Shown here piece by piece: positions 1 to 9,151 of a stretch of 64,000 nucleotides of DNA. Both the position numbers and the translations under genes were made by a program. This stretch comes from Rubripirellula sp. (GTDB lineage: Bacteria > Planctomycetota > Planctomycetia > Pirellulales > Pirellulaceae): positions 3,136,001 through 3,200,000 of the forward strand of contig OZ244207.1 in NCBI GenBank assembly GCA_965216875.1, in the 5' to 3' direction. Each line of letters begins with the position of its first letter. Position 1 is the first letter of the stretch. The notes below the pieces were generated by a model. That model searched no databases and was not told where the DNA came from. It was given only the letters and a program-made list of their open reading frames with translations.

Positions 1-494
1 AACAGGCCCCCGCCGCGCGAGACCTGTTGGCGAGAACAGCCTTCAATTGCAAAGCGGGATCGACCCAGGTTTACAACGAAGCCAAACAACGCAAAGGCGA
101 CCTGCAAGATCTGATCTCAGGTGGCGGCATCTCGGCTCGCGATGTCGAAGAGGAAAACGATTGGGGCATGATCGTCGACCGCTCGCCGTTGATGGAGTAT
201 GCCGAACGCCTGATCGAATCGCTTGAAGATCACAGCCGTGACACCAACACGGTCAAGGCGAACCTCGATGAAGTTCGTCGCGAGGCCGAATCACTTTCGG
301 TGTTTGGGGAAGTGCTCACGCGTGAAGGGCTCGACGAAGCTGACAACGAAGACTATGTCAAACTTAGCCTTCACATGGTCGAAGCGTCCAAAGGTGTCTC
401 AGCAGCATTGACGCGAAACGACATCGACGCGGTTCGCAAAGAAGTTGCCAACATTCGCCAACGCTGCGACACCTGTCACAACGAGTTCCGCTAG
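1..494 (+). CDS. cytochrome c (cytochrome c'-like helical domain), 5'-truncated by window edge
   Basis: Frame open from position 3; helical protein ending ...RCDTCHNEFR* (C-terminal CxxCH). Confidence 0.75.
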   Translation, partial: QAPAARDLLARTAFNCKAGSTQVYNEAKQRKGDLQDLISGGGISARDVEEENDWGMIVDRSPLMEYAERLIESLEDHSRDTNTVKANLDEVRREAESLSVFGEVLTREGLDEADNEDYVKLSLHMVEASKGVSAALTRNDIDAVRKEVANIRQRCDTCHNEFR

Positions 495-511
495 GCCTCG
501 CGCCAACGCGC

Positions 512-551
512 GTAGGCCAGATCAAGGCGCGTCAGCGGCGCAGATCCGGCA
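512..551. repeat. GTAG-type REP-like palindrome (second copy at 29254-29294)
   Basis: gtaggccagatcaaggcgcgtcagcggcgcagatccggca vs gtaggcccggatcaagaagcgacagcgaggcagatccggca; lies between convergent genes. Confidence 0.65.
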
Positions 552-572
552 TGGTTCGAAAACGCCCCCTGC

Positions 573-3026
573 TCAACGGCTGACCAATTGCTTGAGCTGG
601 TCACCGGTCATTCGGTGCGCAGCATCATGCGGGCAAGCGTGCACGCAGCTTGGCCCACCGGCGTCGCGGCACAAATCGCAGGTTGTCGCCCGCTGTTGAA
701 CCACAGCGCGACCACCCGAGTCTTTGCTCTTGAAACCGTGCATGTTGATGTTGCCGTAGGGGCATTGGTTGGCGCACAACCCGCAACCAATGCAATAGTC
801 TTCGATTTCGATCTCTTTTGAATCACCATCGCGGTGAATGGCGTCCACAGGACATCCGACCAGACAAAGTGGGTCAAGACACGACCGGCAACTACTTGCG
901 ACCAGAAACTTGTCGAACCGGAGTCCTTCGCGAATCAATCGCGTCACTCCATCCTGATGGGCGTCCGCGCACGCCTTGGTGCATTCGTCGCAACGGGTAC
1001 AGCGTTCCAAGTCGAGCACAAGCAGGCTTTGCGCCATGTACAACCCTTGCTCGAGGAAGCTGTCGGCATCGATGGCCTGCAATCGCGACTCGGCCTCGCG
1101 ATCACTCTTCAACAACTTCTTCGCATTATCGAGCAACGGCTTGCGTATCTGCGGGTACCGTTCAAGCAACTCCCGAAAATCATTGCCGTCGATTCGGTAG
1201 AGCTCGACGTGGTCGAGTGCCGAACAGGTCGCCGTCCGCCGACCGCGATTCGCCTCGCCCAAGACATCTTCGTTCAACTCATCGGTCAAACCACTGAGCA
1301 ATCCGATTTCCCCAAACCCGCTGCCTGGGCCCAGGTAGTTCAAAACACGTTCATCGCGCCCGTATTTCTGCGTCACCTTTACCGACCCCAGTTTGTTGAC
1401 GTAATAGGCGTCGGCAAGGTCGCCCTGTTCAAAGATCGGTTGCAGGGGATCGACCAAGACATAGGAAGCTCGATCAGCCAGAAAGGCTGCGGCGTCCTCC
1501 TTCATCTGCTGGTCAAGTGATTCGAACAGTGGCAGATTGCCAAGCTGGCCCTTCAGCGCGCGTTCGCGGTAAAGCTTGTCAAGGATCTCGCGGCTGACTT
1601 GATTGCGTTGCAACATGTACAGCACGTTGCGGCGAATCTCGAGCACGTGTGACTCTTTGGTGGCCCTCACCGTGGCCGAGCGAACACCACGATTCATACA
1701 GGTCATTTCGCCAAGGATCACGTCGTCCTTGTTTCTCAAAATCCGGTTACCTGGTTCGTAGGCGATTTCTCCCACGTCGCCAAGCGTTGGCTTTCGACTA
1801 CTCCGCGACGTTTCTCTGACGGTATCAATGCGTCCAAAGAGTCGTCCCAGCAGACCGCCTGAACGCCGGTTTTTCAGACTGCCGGTCTCGACGTTGAAAT
1901 CGATCTCAAATTCACCATCGAGGATGATGAAAGCGGTGGCACCGTATTCGCCTTGCCGGCAAAGTTCCTGGCCCGGTTTGAGCATCCTCCGGACAACCGC
2001 AGCACCGTTGAATTGCAAAAACTTGTAGGGAATGTCCTTGAACAAATCGTATTTGATCAATTCATCAGCAGTAACAATGTCGCCATCTTTGCGTTCGTCC
2101 TTTAACTCCTTACGAACGCGATCCACCTGAGTCTCGATGAAGTCCTTTTGGAACTCCAAGGCGCCCGTTGGGCAACTAACGGCACATTCACCACACGAAA
2201 CACAAGTGCTTTCCTCCATCGAGTTGTTCAGGTCAAACACGATGCGAGAATCGTAGCCCTTGCCACCACGCCCAATGACGTTGTTGCCCTTGATCCAGTT
2301 GCAACCACGTTGGCAACGACCGCACAGAATGCATTGGTCATGATCAACGTGGATCATATGACTCGATTCATCTTGCCCACGAGTCACCGGCAAAGGACTG
2401 AACCGCTTGGGATCTGCGTCCAACCGCTCGGCAACTTTCACCAGTTCATTGCCCGGCGTCACCGTTGCCTGATCGGGACCATGGTCGGCAATCAGCAGTT
2501 CGACCACGGTACGACTTGCATTCTTGACCCGACCCGCGGCAGCTTCGTCGCTACTGTTGATCGTGTGCACGACCATGCCGTCTTTGACGGCTTGTTTGCA
2601 CGAGGGGACCAGCTTCTTGCGAATCGCGCCACGACTCTCTTCGACCAACTCCACCACACAGACTCGGCAGACGCCGACAGGTGGCAAATGTTCGCGATGA
2701 CAAAGCGCTGGAATCGGGTGCTGCTCGCCCGGTTTCGTGACGAACGCCTTGTACGCTGCGTCATAGATCGTGGTTGGCCGCGGAATCGGTTTCCCGTCGG
2801 CATCTTGCTTGATATTGCCCTGGGAATCGCACTCGGGCACCGCTTGGTTGACGACGACTTGAACACCATCAATCACCAGCGTGACCGTTTTCTCCAACTC
2901 ATCCGCGGTCGCTTTTTCGACGCGAATCAGTTGTCCATCGACGTCACGAGCGAACAGACCTTCGTCTTCTGGAAGGACGGAATAGTCGATATCGAAATTG
3001 ATCGCATCATCAGGGACGTTACTCAT
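573..3026 (-). CDS. NuoG/HoxU-like [2Fe-2S]+2x[4Fe-4S] N-terminus fused to two cNMP-binding domains and a C-terminal 4x[4Fe-4S] (DmsB/NrfC-like) ferredoxin
   Basis: LCH..GVCRVC..PSC; CILCGRCQRGC/CVSCGECAVSCP; GEMTCM..RSATV and FGEIGLL..RTAT cNMP cassettes; CTRCDEC, CRSCLDPLC, CIGCGLCANQCP, CDLC..CVHACP; ATG 3026 with GGAG upstream. Confidence 0.9.
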   Translation of the reverse strand: MSNVPDDAINFDIDYSVLPEDEGLFARDVDGQLIRVEKATADELEKTVTLVIDGVQVVVNQAVPECDSQGNIKQDADGKPIPRPTTIYDAAYKAFVTKPGEQHPIPALCHREHLPPVGVCRVCVVELVEESRGAIRKKLVPSCKQAVKDGMVVHTINSSDEAAAGRVKNASRTVVELLIADHGPDQATVTPGNELVKVAERLDADPKRFSPLPVTRGQDESSHMIHVDHDQCILCGRCQRGCNWIKGNNVIGRGGKGYDSRIVFDLNNSMEESTCVSCGECAVSCPTGALEFQKDFIETQVDRVRKELKDERKDGDIVTADELIKYDLFKDIPYKFLQFNGAAVVRRMLKPGQELCRQGEYGATAFIILDGEFEIDFNVETGSLKNRRSGGLLGRLFGRIDTVRETSRSSRKPTLGDVGEIAYEPGNRILRNKDDVILGEMTCMNRGVRSATVRATKESHVLEIRRNVLYMLQRNQVSREILDKLYRERALKGQLGNLPLFESLDQQMKEDAAAFLADRASYVLVDPLQPIFEQGDLADAYYVNKLGSVKVTQKYGRDERVLNYLGPGSGFGEIGLLSGLTDELNEDVLGEANRGRRTATCSALDHVELYRIDGNDFRELLERYPQIRKPLLDNAKKLLKSDREAESRLQAIDADSFLEQGLYMAQSLLVLDLERCTRCDECTKACADAHQDGVTRLIREGLRFDKFLVASSCRSCLDPLCLVGCPVDAIHRDGDSKEIEIEDYCIGCGLCANQCPYGNINMHGFKSKDSGGRAVVQQRATTCDLCRDAGGPSCVHACPHDAAHRMTGDQLKQLVSR

Positions 3027-3031
3027 TGATT

Positions 3032-4840
3032 TCACGCTCCTGTCGCTTTTGTGGTGCAAGCTTGGCGGGCAAGTTCCGGAAAGAACTTTAGGAAGCTGCT
3101 AAAGGGATTGCTCGCCACCGCGCCGAGGCCGCAGATGCTCGTACCGACCATCACTTGGCTCAACTGATCCGCGGTGCCGCCAAAGCCATCGAGTTCCTCG
3201 ACCGTGACATCGCCAGCCAACAAACGCTCGGCCATTTCCGTGATCTTTTGCGATCCGATTCGGCAGGGCACACACTTGCCGCACGATTCGTTGCGATAAA
3301 AGCGACTGTTTGCAACCGCTTCGGCAAGCACGTCGCAGCCCTCGCCGTAAACCACTATCCCGGCACCGACCATGTAACCGACGGCTCGCGAAACATTGAT
3401 GTCCAAGGGTAGATCACGAACTGAGATTTCCGTCACGCCCTCGGGGACGTTCTTTTCGACAAAGCGCCGACTCAAGTATTTGACCGGGATCTTATTTGGA
3501 AGCAGCCCACCGGAAGGCCCACTCAATGCGACCGCCACGATCTCCTTTCCCCCTGCCATGCCGCCACAATGATCGTCGATCAGTTGACCAAGCGTGATCC
3601 CTGTCTCCACTTCGTAAACACCTGGTTTTTCCAGGTCGCCGCTGATGGAAAAAAGGCGTTTGCCCTTCATCTTTGGCTCGCTGCCTTTGGCAAGCATCGC
3701 GTCATGCTTCCCCTGTTCGGCGAACCATTTGCCTCCATCGCGAAGAATCGAAGGAGCCCAGGCAAAGGTCTCGACGTTCGACAGAAGGGTTGGCAAATTG
3801 TTCAATCCGTTGGTCATCAGCTCGGGTGGGCGGATGCGTGGCTCGGCCCGCTTGTCTTCCATCGCTTCAATCAAAGCCGTTTGTTCGCCACAGATGTAGC
3901 CGCCGGGACTCTCGTAGACTTCGAGTTTGAATGATCGCCCGCTTCCAAAAATATTGGGTCCGCAGGCACCCAACTCCTCGGCGCGTTTGATCTCCTCGCG
4001 ACACTTCTCGATTTGTTCGGGGTATTCGTGTCGGACGTAGATCCATCCTTCGTCAGCGCCGGTGACGAGCGCGGCTAGAATCATGCCCTCGATGGTTGTA
4101 TGTGGCGCTGCGAGAAGAATATCGCGGTCCTTGAACGTCCCTGGCTCGCTCTCGTCGGCATTGCAAACGACGTACTTCTTGCCCGACTTCGATTGGGCTC
4201 GCAGGACATCGCCCCACTTTCGATAAGCGCGTCCACCAGCGCCACCCATTCCGAGCAGATTCGCGTACTCGAGCGCCGACAGGACGGTATCGGAGTCCAT
4301 GCCATCTTCGACAAACTTCTTGACCACTTCATAGGTAGCAGTGCCCTGGTAGGTGTCGAGTGCCCACTGCCCCACCTGTGTTTTCGCGTGTTCGGCGTCC
4401 GTATCATGAGCGGGCTCTTGTCCATCAAGCATCGCGGCGACCGCCTTCTGACAACGACCAACATCAGTCTCAGCCAGAAGACGTTCATGCTCGGTGACCC
4501 CTTCGGCATAAACCATGGCAGCAGGTGCCCGATCGCATCTGCCCAAACAAGAAACACCACAGACTTGAACTTGATCGCCGTAGTTCTCGGTGGCCCATTG
4601 CGTCAACTCTTCCGTCGCCTTCACACTTCCTTTCAAGTGACAACTCATGTCACGGCAAACGTGTACGGTCGCCTTGGGTGGTGGATCCGTGCGGAAATGA
4701 GGAAAAAACGAAACGAGCGCCTCCACACGATGCATTGGCACATCAAGCTGATCCGCGACCAGCTTCATGTCAGCTGAAGTGAGAAAACCGCCACGTTCTT
4801 TCTGGCGTTTCTTCAATGCAGGAATGATGACGAGACTCAT
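3032..4840 (-). CDS. NuoE-NuoF (diaphorase) fusion: [2Fe-2S], FMN/NAD(P)H site, SLBB, [4Fe-4S]
   Basis: CRDMSC..CLGRC (NuoE); GMGGAG, CNADESEPGTFKDR, YICGEQTAL, ESCGKCVPCRIG..SICGLG (NuoF). Confidence 0.92.
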   Translation of the reverse strand: MSLVIIPALKKRQKERGGFLTSADMKLVADQLDVPMHRVEALVSFFPHFRTDPPPKATVHVCRDMSCHLKGSVKATEELTQWATENYGDQVQVCGVSCLGRCDRAPAAMVYAEGVTEHERLLAETDVGRCQKAVAAMLDGQEPAHDTDAEHAKTQVGQWALDTYQGTATYEVVKKFVEDGMDSDTVLSALEYANLLGMGGAGGRAYRKWGDVLRAQSKSGKKYVVCNADESEPGTFKDRDILLAAPHTTIEGMILAALVTGADEGWIYVRHEYPEQIEKCREEIKRAEELGACGPNIFGSGRSFKLEVYESPGGYICGEQTALIEAMEDKRAEPRIRPPELMTNGLNNLPTLLSNVETFAWAPSILRDGGKWFAEQGKHDAMLAKGSEPKMKGKRLFSISGDLEKPGVYEVETGITLGQLIDDHCGGMAGGKEIVAVALSGPSGGLLPNKIPVKYLSRRFVEKNVPEGVTEISVRDLPLDINVSRAVGYMVGAGIVVYGEGCDVLAEAVANSRFYRNESCGKCVPCRIGSQKITEMAERLLAGDVTVEELDGFGGTADQLSQVMVGTSICGLGAVASNPFSSFLKFFPELARQACTTKATGA

Positions 4841-4865
4841 GGTGCGGTTTCGCGTCTTCTCTCAG

Positions 4866-6275
4866 CTAGGGTTTTAGGGCGTCGTTAAGGAAGGTCTTCA
4901 ACTGCGCGCCAATCGCGGGATCAAAACGACCTGGCGAGTTCACCCCCGAGTCAAATTGCAGCAGCGGTCGCGATTGATTCAAGAATCGCCTATACGGTTC
5001 ATCCTTTCCCGCGGAAAACTCACGCAGCGCGGCTTCGGCATCAAGGTAAAACACAGCAGCTTCATACCAATCACTCGGGGGAGGCGTTTGCTGTAAGCGG
5101 TCGAGCTCCACCTTTGCATCAGTGCCGCCGTTTTGAGCAATCGCAATCCCTTCGGCACGAACCGTATTGGCAAGCTTGATACCGCTGGCAGCCATCCGAT
5201 CGGCATCGACCGCATTGGGAGCAAGCGCTTTCAAGGTCGTCTCATTGAACTCTCGCTGACCAACGGTATGCCACGAATTCCAAATCGGCAGGCCGCTACT
5301 GACCTGCAAGGCTGACGGTTTGGCATCGGGCGGCAAACGGTACTGTTCCATCGACAACGACTGATGGCATGCAAAGCAATCGTAGTCGGCAAGTTCGGGC
5401 CACGGCACGTTGCCCCCCTTTGCGTAGTCTGCCGCGCGCTGAGCTGCAAGCTTGGCAGCAGCGGCAAGCGTGATCGCGCGACCAGCCTGTCGTACTTGGA
5501 CAGGCGACTTCGAAAACGCGAACGGGCCCTTATTCGGGCTCCAGTGCTTCGGCAACGCCTCGTTGTAGGTCCCCAGTTCGAACCGCAGCACGGGATGCCC
5601 CGCCGCAATCATGTCGTGATTCATATCGCGAATCAAACCGTCAGCATCCCGAGATCCGACGTGACACCGCACGCAACGCGAACTACGCCCGACGATCGTT
5701 TCCGTATCAAGCATTCCTACAGAAATCTTGAAATTGCTGTCTTTGCTGTGGGCGGCGATCGGGTCCGCATCATTCGAGGTTGCGAATCCTGGAAGGTAGT
5801 GCTGGTGCAGCCATTGGTCGGCGCGGCCGTGACACGATTGGCACGAAACACCGCCAGCAAGCTGCAACGAATCGATTCGTTCGCCGCTTGGTTGACAATC
5901 CAAGACCTGGGCCGTCGCGTGACAGCTCAAGCAACGACGCCGGAGCAGATTGTCGCGATCGAGCAGCCAGGCACCGTCACCCGCCGCTTGCTTCGCAGCG
6001 ATTTTCGGATCGAGCGCAAACACGATCTGTGTAGACAAGTCGCTGTAAAGGGTGATGCCGGCATTTGCATGAGGATCGCGGTCCGCCCAAACCGTCCAAG
6101 ACGATGCCCAACTTTCACCACGGCCGATCGCCCCACCATGGCAAGTCGATGCGGCACAACTCGCACGTTCGATAACGGAGGGCGAAACAATGTCGGTCGT
6201 CTGACTGCGAACGCGTGCCGGAAACACGATCGCAATGGCAACAGCGATCAACCAAACTCGACAAGATGTGTTCAT
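4866..6275 (-). CDS. secreted multiheme (5-heme) cytochrome c, c554/c552-like
   Basis: Start moved to MNTSCRVWLIAVAIA (ATGA overlap with upstream stop); CAASTCH, CLSCH, CQSCH, CVRCH, CFACH; HDMIAAGHP motif. Confidence 0.85.
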   Translation of the reverse strand: MNTSCRVWLIAVAIAIVFPARVRSQTTDIVSPSVIERASCAASTCHGGAIGRGESWASSWTVWADRDPHANAGITLYSDLSTQIVFALDPKIAAKQAAGDGAWLLDRDNLLRRRCLSCHATAQVLDCQPSGERIDSLQLAGGVSCQSCHGRADQWLHQHYLPGFATSNDADPIAAHSKDSNFKISVGMLDTETIVGRSSRCVRCHVGSRDADGLIRDMNHDMIAAGHPVLRFELGTYNEALPKHWSPNKGPFAFSKSPVQVRQAGRAITLAAAAKLAAQRAADYAKGGNVPWPELADYDCFACHQSLSMEQYRLPPDAKPSALQVSSGLPIWNSWHTVGQREFNETTLKALAPNAVDADRMAASGIKLANTVRAEGIAIAQNGGTDAKVELDRLQQTPPPSDWYEAAVFYLDAEAALREFSAGKDEPYRRFLNQSRPLLQFDSGVNSPGRFDPAIGAQLKTFLNDALKP

Positions 6276-7753
6276 TGGTCCGCCCCCAAAGTCGTCGAGG
6301 GCGTGTTGTGATAGCGATGGCAAAGAACGCAGCGATCCGAAGCCCACTGGGTGTGTCCGCCAAAGGTCGCCGACTCGCTCGACGAAGCGGTTGTTCCAGC
6401 AGGGCGATGGCAACCAGTGCACGTCTCGATGCCGCCAATGGCAACCACAGTGTGATCCTTGGCGGTCAACTTCGGATCCGATTCCACCACCGCACCGTGG
6501 CAGTGCAGACAATCAACCTTCTGGTGCGAAGCATGATCGAATTGACCATTGGTTAACCAGCGCGAGGGGATCATCTTTCCGCGCAGTTTCGTCGCCGCGA
6601 TGGCTTTGTCGGTGGTGACATCATCAACGTGGCACTTGAAACACTGCTGCTGGAGGGTCGCAATCGCGGTTGATTTTTCAAAGGCGTCCAACTGCTCAAT
6701 CGTCAACGATCCCGATCGCTCGGCGCTCGTTCCGATCCCCGTTGGCCCCGAGCTCGGTTGTTCACGCTTCTTGATTGCGAGTCGCGCGTCCAGCCATTTA
6801 CCAACCTCATCCCAGGCAGCGGCGTGAGGAATTGAAGCGTTCTCGGCCGTTTGCCCAGCCGGGTTGAAATGGTGGCATGCCGAGCAATGCTGTTCGAAAT
6901 TGATCGGCGTCATGTAGCGGCCAGCCTTGTCGACGGCACCAATTTCCTCATCAGCCACTCCGCTCGACTGGTGGCAATCCTTGCATGCAAGTTGAACGAA
7001 TCCGTTTTCATTTGTCGCGTACCGTCCTTGAAACTCATCCGGCAATCGATCCGCTGTCATCGCAACCTTGCCAGCGGCACCATACGCGGATTGTCCCGGC
7101 AAGAGGTGTTGGGCATGATCGAACTTGATTCGCCCAGGATCACCGGCAAACAGCGAGGCAAATTCGCTGTGTCCCTGCTTGGAAAATGCGACGATGCTTT
7201 GACGTTTTTGGTCCTTGAGCACGGTCTGGCTCGGATCAAGACAAACCGAATCGATGCGACGATGGCAATCGACGCACCGCTCGTTTTGCACATCCGACAG
7301 GTCGAAGAGTCTTCCCTGGTGATCGGCATGGCAAAGGGCACAGTTTTCATCAGCCAATTTCCAATCACCCGCTAGCTGATGATTGTGGTGACCTGCGATC
7401 GGATGCTCACCGTTGTGACAATGCGTGCACTTCGAAAACGTCGCTGCGACCGACTTCTCGGCGGAAACATCAACATAGGGCGGCAACTTGAGTTCGCGGA
7501 TCGAATCGTTGGCAATCGGTACGAATGGCGTGTGACATGCTTCGCAGTTCGATTCGATCTCGGCGTGGCCCGCCGCCACCGGTCCGGGCATCGCAACGAT
7601 GCTGTTGGAATTTGAGTAGGCAAAGACGGCAATGCCAAACAGACAAGCCGTGATGGCCAACGCAACCTTCAGACGCGCCAGTGAGTCGCGCTGTCGAAAG
7701 TAGTCCAGCTCGATTCGCTGGGCTCGTTGCTTTCCGGTTTCACCCTGAGACAT
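6272..7753 (-). CDS. membrane-anchored decaheme cytochrome c (cytochrome c3-like)
   Basis: N-terminal TM helix; 10 CxxCH: CEACH, CTHCH, CALCH, CVDCH, CKDCH, CSACH, CFKCH, CLHCH, CTGCH, CVLCH. Confidence 0.9.
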   Translation of the reverse strand: MSQGETGKQRAQRIELDYFRQRDSLARLKVALAITACLFGIAVFAYSNSNSIVAMPGPVAAGHAEIESNCEACHTPFVPIANDSIRELKLPPYVDVSAEKSVAATFSKCTHCHNGEHPIAGHHNHQLAGDWKLADENCALCHADHQGRLFDLSDVQNERCVDCHRRIDSVCLDPSQTVLKDQKRQSIVAFSKQGHSEFASLFAGDPGRIKFDHAQHLLPGQSAYGAAGKVAMTADRLPDEFQGRYATNENGFVQLACKDCHQSSGVADEEIGAVDKAGRYMTPINFEQHCSACHHFNPAGQTAENASIPHAAAWDEVGKWLDARLAIKKREQPSSGPTGIGTSAERSGSLTIEQLDAFEKSTAIATLQQQCFKCHVDDVTTDKAIAATKLRGKMIPSRWLTNGQFDHASHQKVDCLHCHGAVVESDPKLTAKDHTVVAIGGIETCTGCHRPAGTTASSSESATFGGHTQWASDRCVLCHRYHNTPSTTLGADQ

Positions 7754-7760
7754 CGTGCTA

Positions 7761-8744
7761 TCACCAATACTTGAGGGCAGTGATGATATGTGCGATCAAC
7801 AATCCGGTGACGGCAACGGAAAGGCCGATGTGGATTGGCAACCATCCATGCAAAACTCGATGAACCGATTTTTGCGTGTCGAACTGGCGACGCTGGTGAC
7901 AAAGCTGTTCAAGCATGTCGATTGCCTCGGCGCTGGAGTCGGTGCAAGCCTCGCGCAAATTACGAAACCAATCGACCGCTTGCTGCGGTTGTGAAACGGG
8001 CGACTCGGCCTTCGCACCTTCCAATAAGTAAGGCTCGATTTCGTCAAAAGCGTCCCACAACGGCTTGGCATCTTCGGGGGACTTTTGCACGCGTCGTGAT
8101 TGAGCGCTACGACCAATCGTTCGACCAACGTTGCGTTGGGCGCCAATGATGACGGGCCCCGTCCCGACCAACTCTAGCTCAGGATTGATTTCTCCGGCAT
8201 CACTTGGGCGAGGCCCACAAACCGCAATCAACATCTGCCGAGCATCGCCCGCGGTCACCTGCGATACATGATCGATCTGGCCATGAATCGTCTCGGAGGG
8301 CAAATGCCGCAGCATCCAACGGGGAACAATATTCTGAACGATCCATCCATAGAGCCCACTGAGGATCGTTAACACAAAAAGAAACATGAGCGTATTGGGA
8401 AGCCAACCGCTCCAGACCAATCCCCAATGAGCAACCGCCAAGAAAAACGATGCAATCCCAAACCAGATATGTGCCGCCATCCAGTATTTCGCTGGACCAA
8501 ACATCTTGATCCTGCGGAACCACTTCTTGGGGCTCAGCAGCATCTCGAAAAAGATGATCAAACCGGCGGCAATCCCGCAGGACAGGCCTGCTGCGCTGCT
8601 TCCGCTAAGCGGATGCCCGGCCGAAATCGACGCTTTGACGTACCACCCCACCAGCACCAACGTGAGCACGCCCGCAGGGAGCGCCGTCCGAAAATGAAGC
8701 CGTGAAGATTGCGTCAACAGCACCGTAGCACCAACCAGTTGCAT
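7761..8744 (-). CDS. integral membrane protein, putative di-heme b (ferric-reductase/cytochrome b-like) subunit
   Basis: About 5 hydrophobic segments; two H-x13-H pairs (HIWFGIASFFLAVAH; HIGLSVAVTGLLIAH). Confidence 0.7.
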   Translation of the reverse strand: MQLVGATVLLTQSSRLHFRTALPAGVLTLVLVGWYVKASISAGHPLSGSSAAGLSCGIAAGLIIFFEMLLSPKKWFRRIKMFGPAKYWMAAHIWFGIASFFLAVAHWGLVWSGWLPNTLMFLFVLTILSGLYGWIVQNIVPRWMLRHLPSETIHGQIDHVSQVTAGDARQMLIAVCGPRPSDAGEINPELELVGTGPVIIGAQRNVGRTIGRSAQSRRVQKSPEDAKPLWDAFDEIEPYLLEGAKAESPVSQPQQAVDWFRNLREACTDSSAEAIDMLEQLCHQRRQFDTQKSVHRVLHGWLPIHIGLSVAVTGLLIAHIITALKYW

Positions 8745-9151
8745 TCAGGTCCATTCCGGTGTCGCACAAGCCCGTGCCAGCCGGACACGTCGGAAGACCC
8801 CATGTTGCGATGCATTGATGGTACCACTTGAAGGAGCGCCCATGTTTAGTGAGTGAGGTCGTTCGAGTCAATTCGCCTCGACCGCCGACCATTGAATCCT
8901 TCACGAAACTCACAATCGCGATGGCGACAAGGCAGGTTCACGGCCTACAATCCTCATCGCAGCCTACAATCCTTATGGCAATCGCCGATTGCAGGTTCAC
9001 TATCGAGGGTTGCATTCACTCGGGCAGTGCCGAGACGCTTGTCAAAACACGCCTCAAAGTTGACCGCGCAAATGATGACGATACCGACTATTGTGGGGCA
9101 ATCTCGTCCACCTCAATTCAGTCGACTTACCAAAACACGCCGAGTGGTGTG

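Noticed and set aside
573..4840. Complex I (nuoEFG) operon, formate dehydrogenase or [FeFe]-hydrogenase
   Set aside because: No other nuo genes, no Mo-bisPGD domain and no H-cluster motifs; cNMP domains occupy that position
4866..6512. 548-aa ORF start at 6512 as given in the ORF track
   Set aside because: Overlaps the decaheme gene by 240 bp; ATG 6275 gives an ATGA overlap and a signal peptide
8828..9151. N-terminal extension of the 719-aa ORF
   Set aside because: Covers the divergent promoter region; the signal-like sequence begins only after ATG 9152
8745..9151. CRP/FNR box in the divergent promoter of the cNMP cluster
   Set aside because: Only half-sites seen by eye; no convincing TGTGA-N6-TCACA or TTGAT-N4-ATCAA
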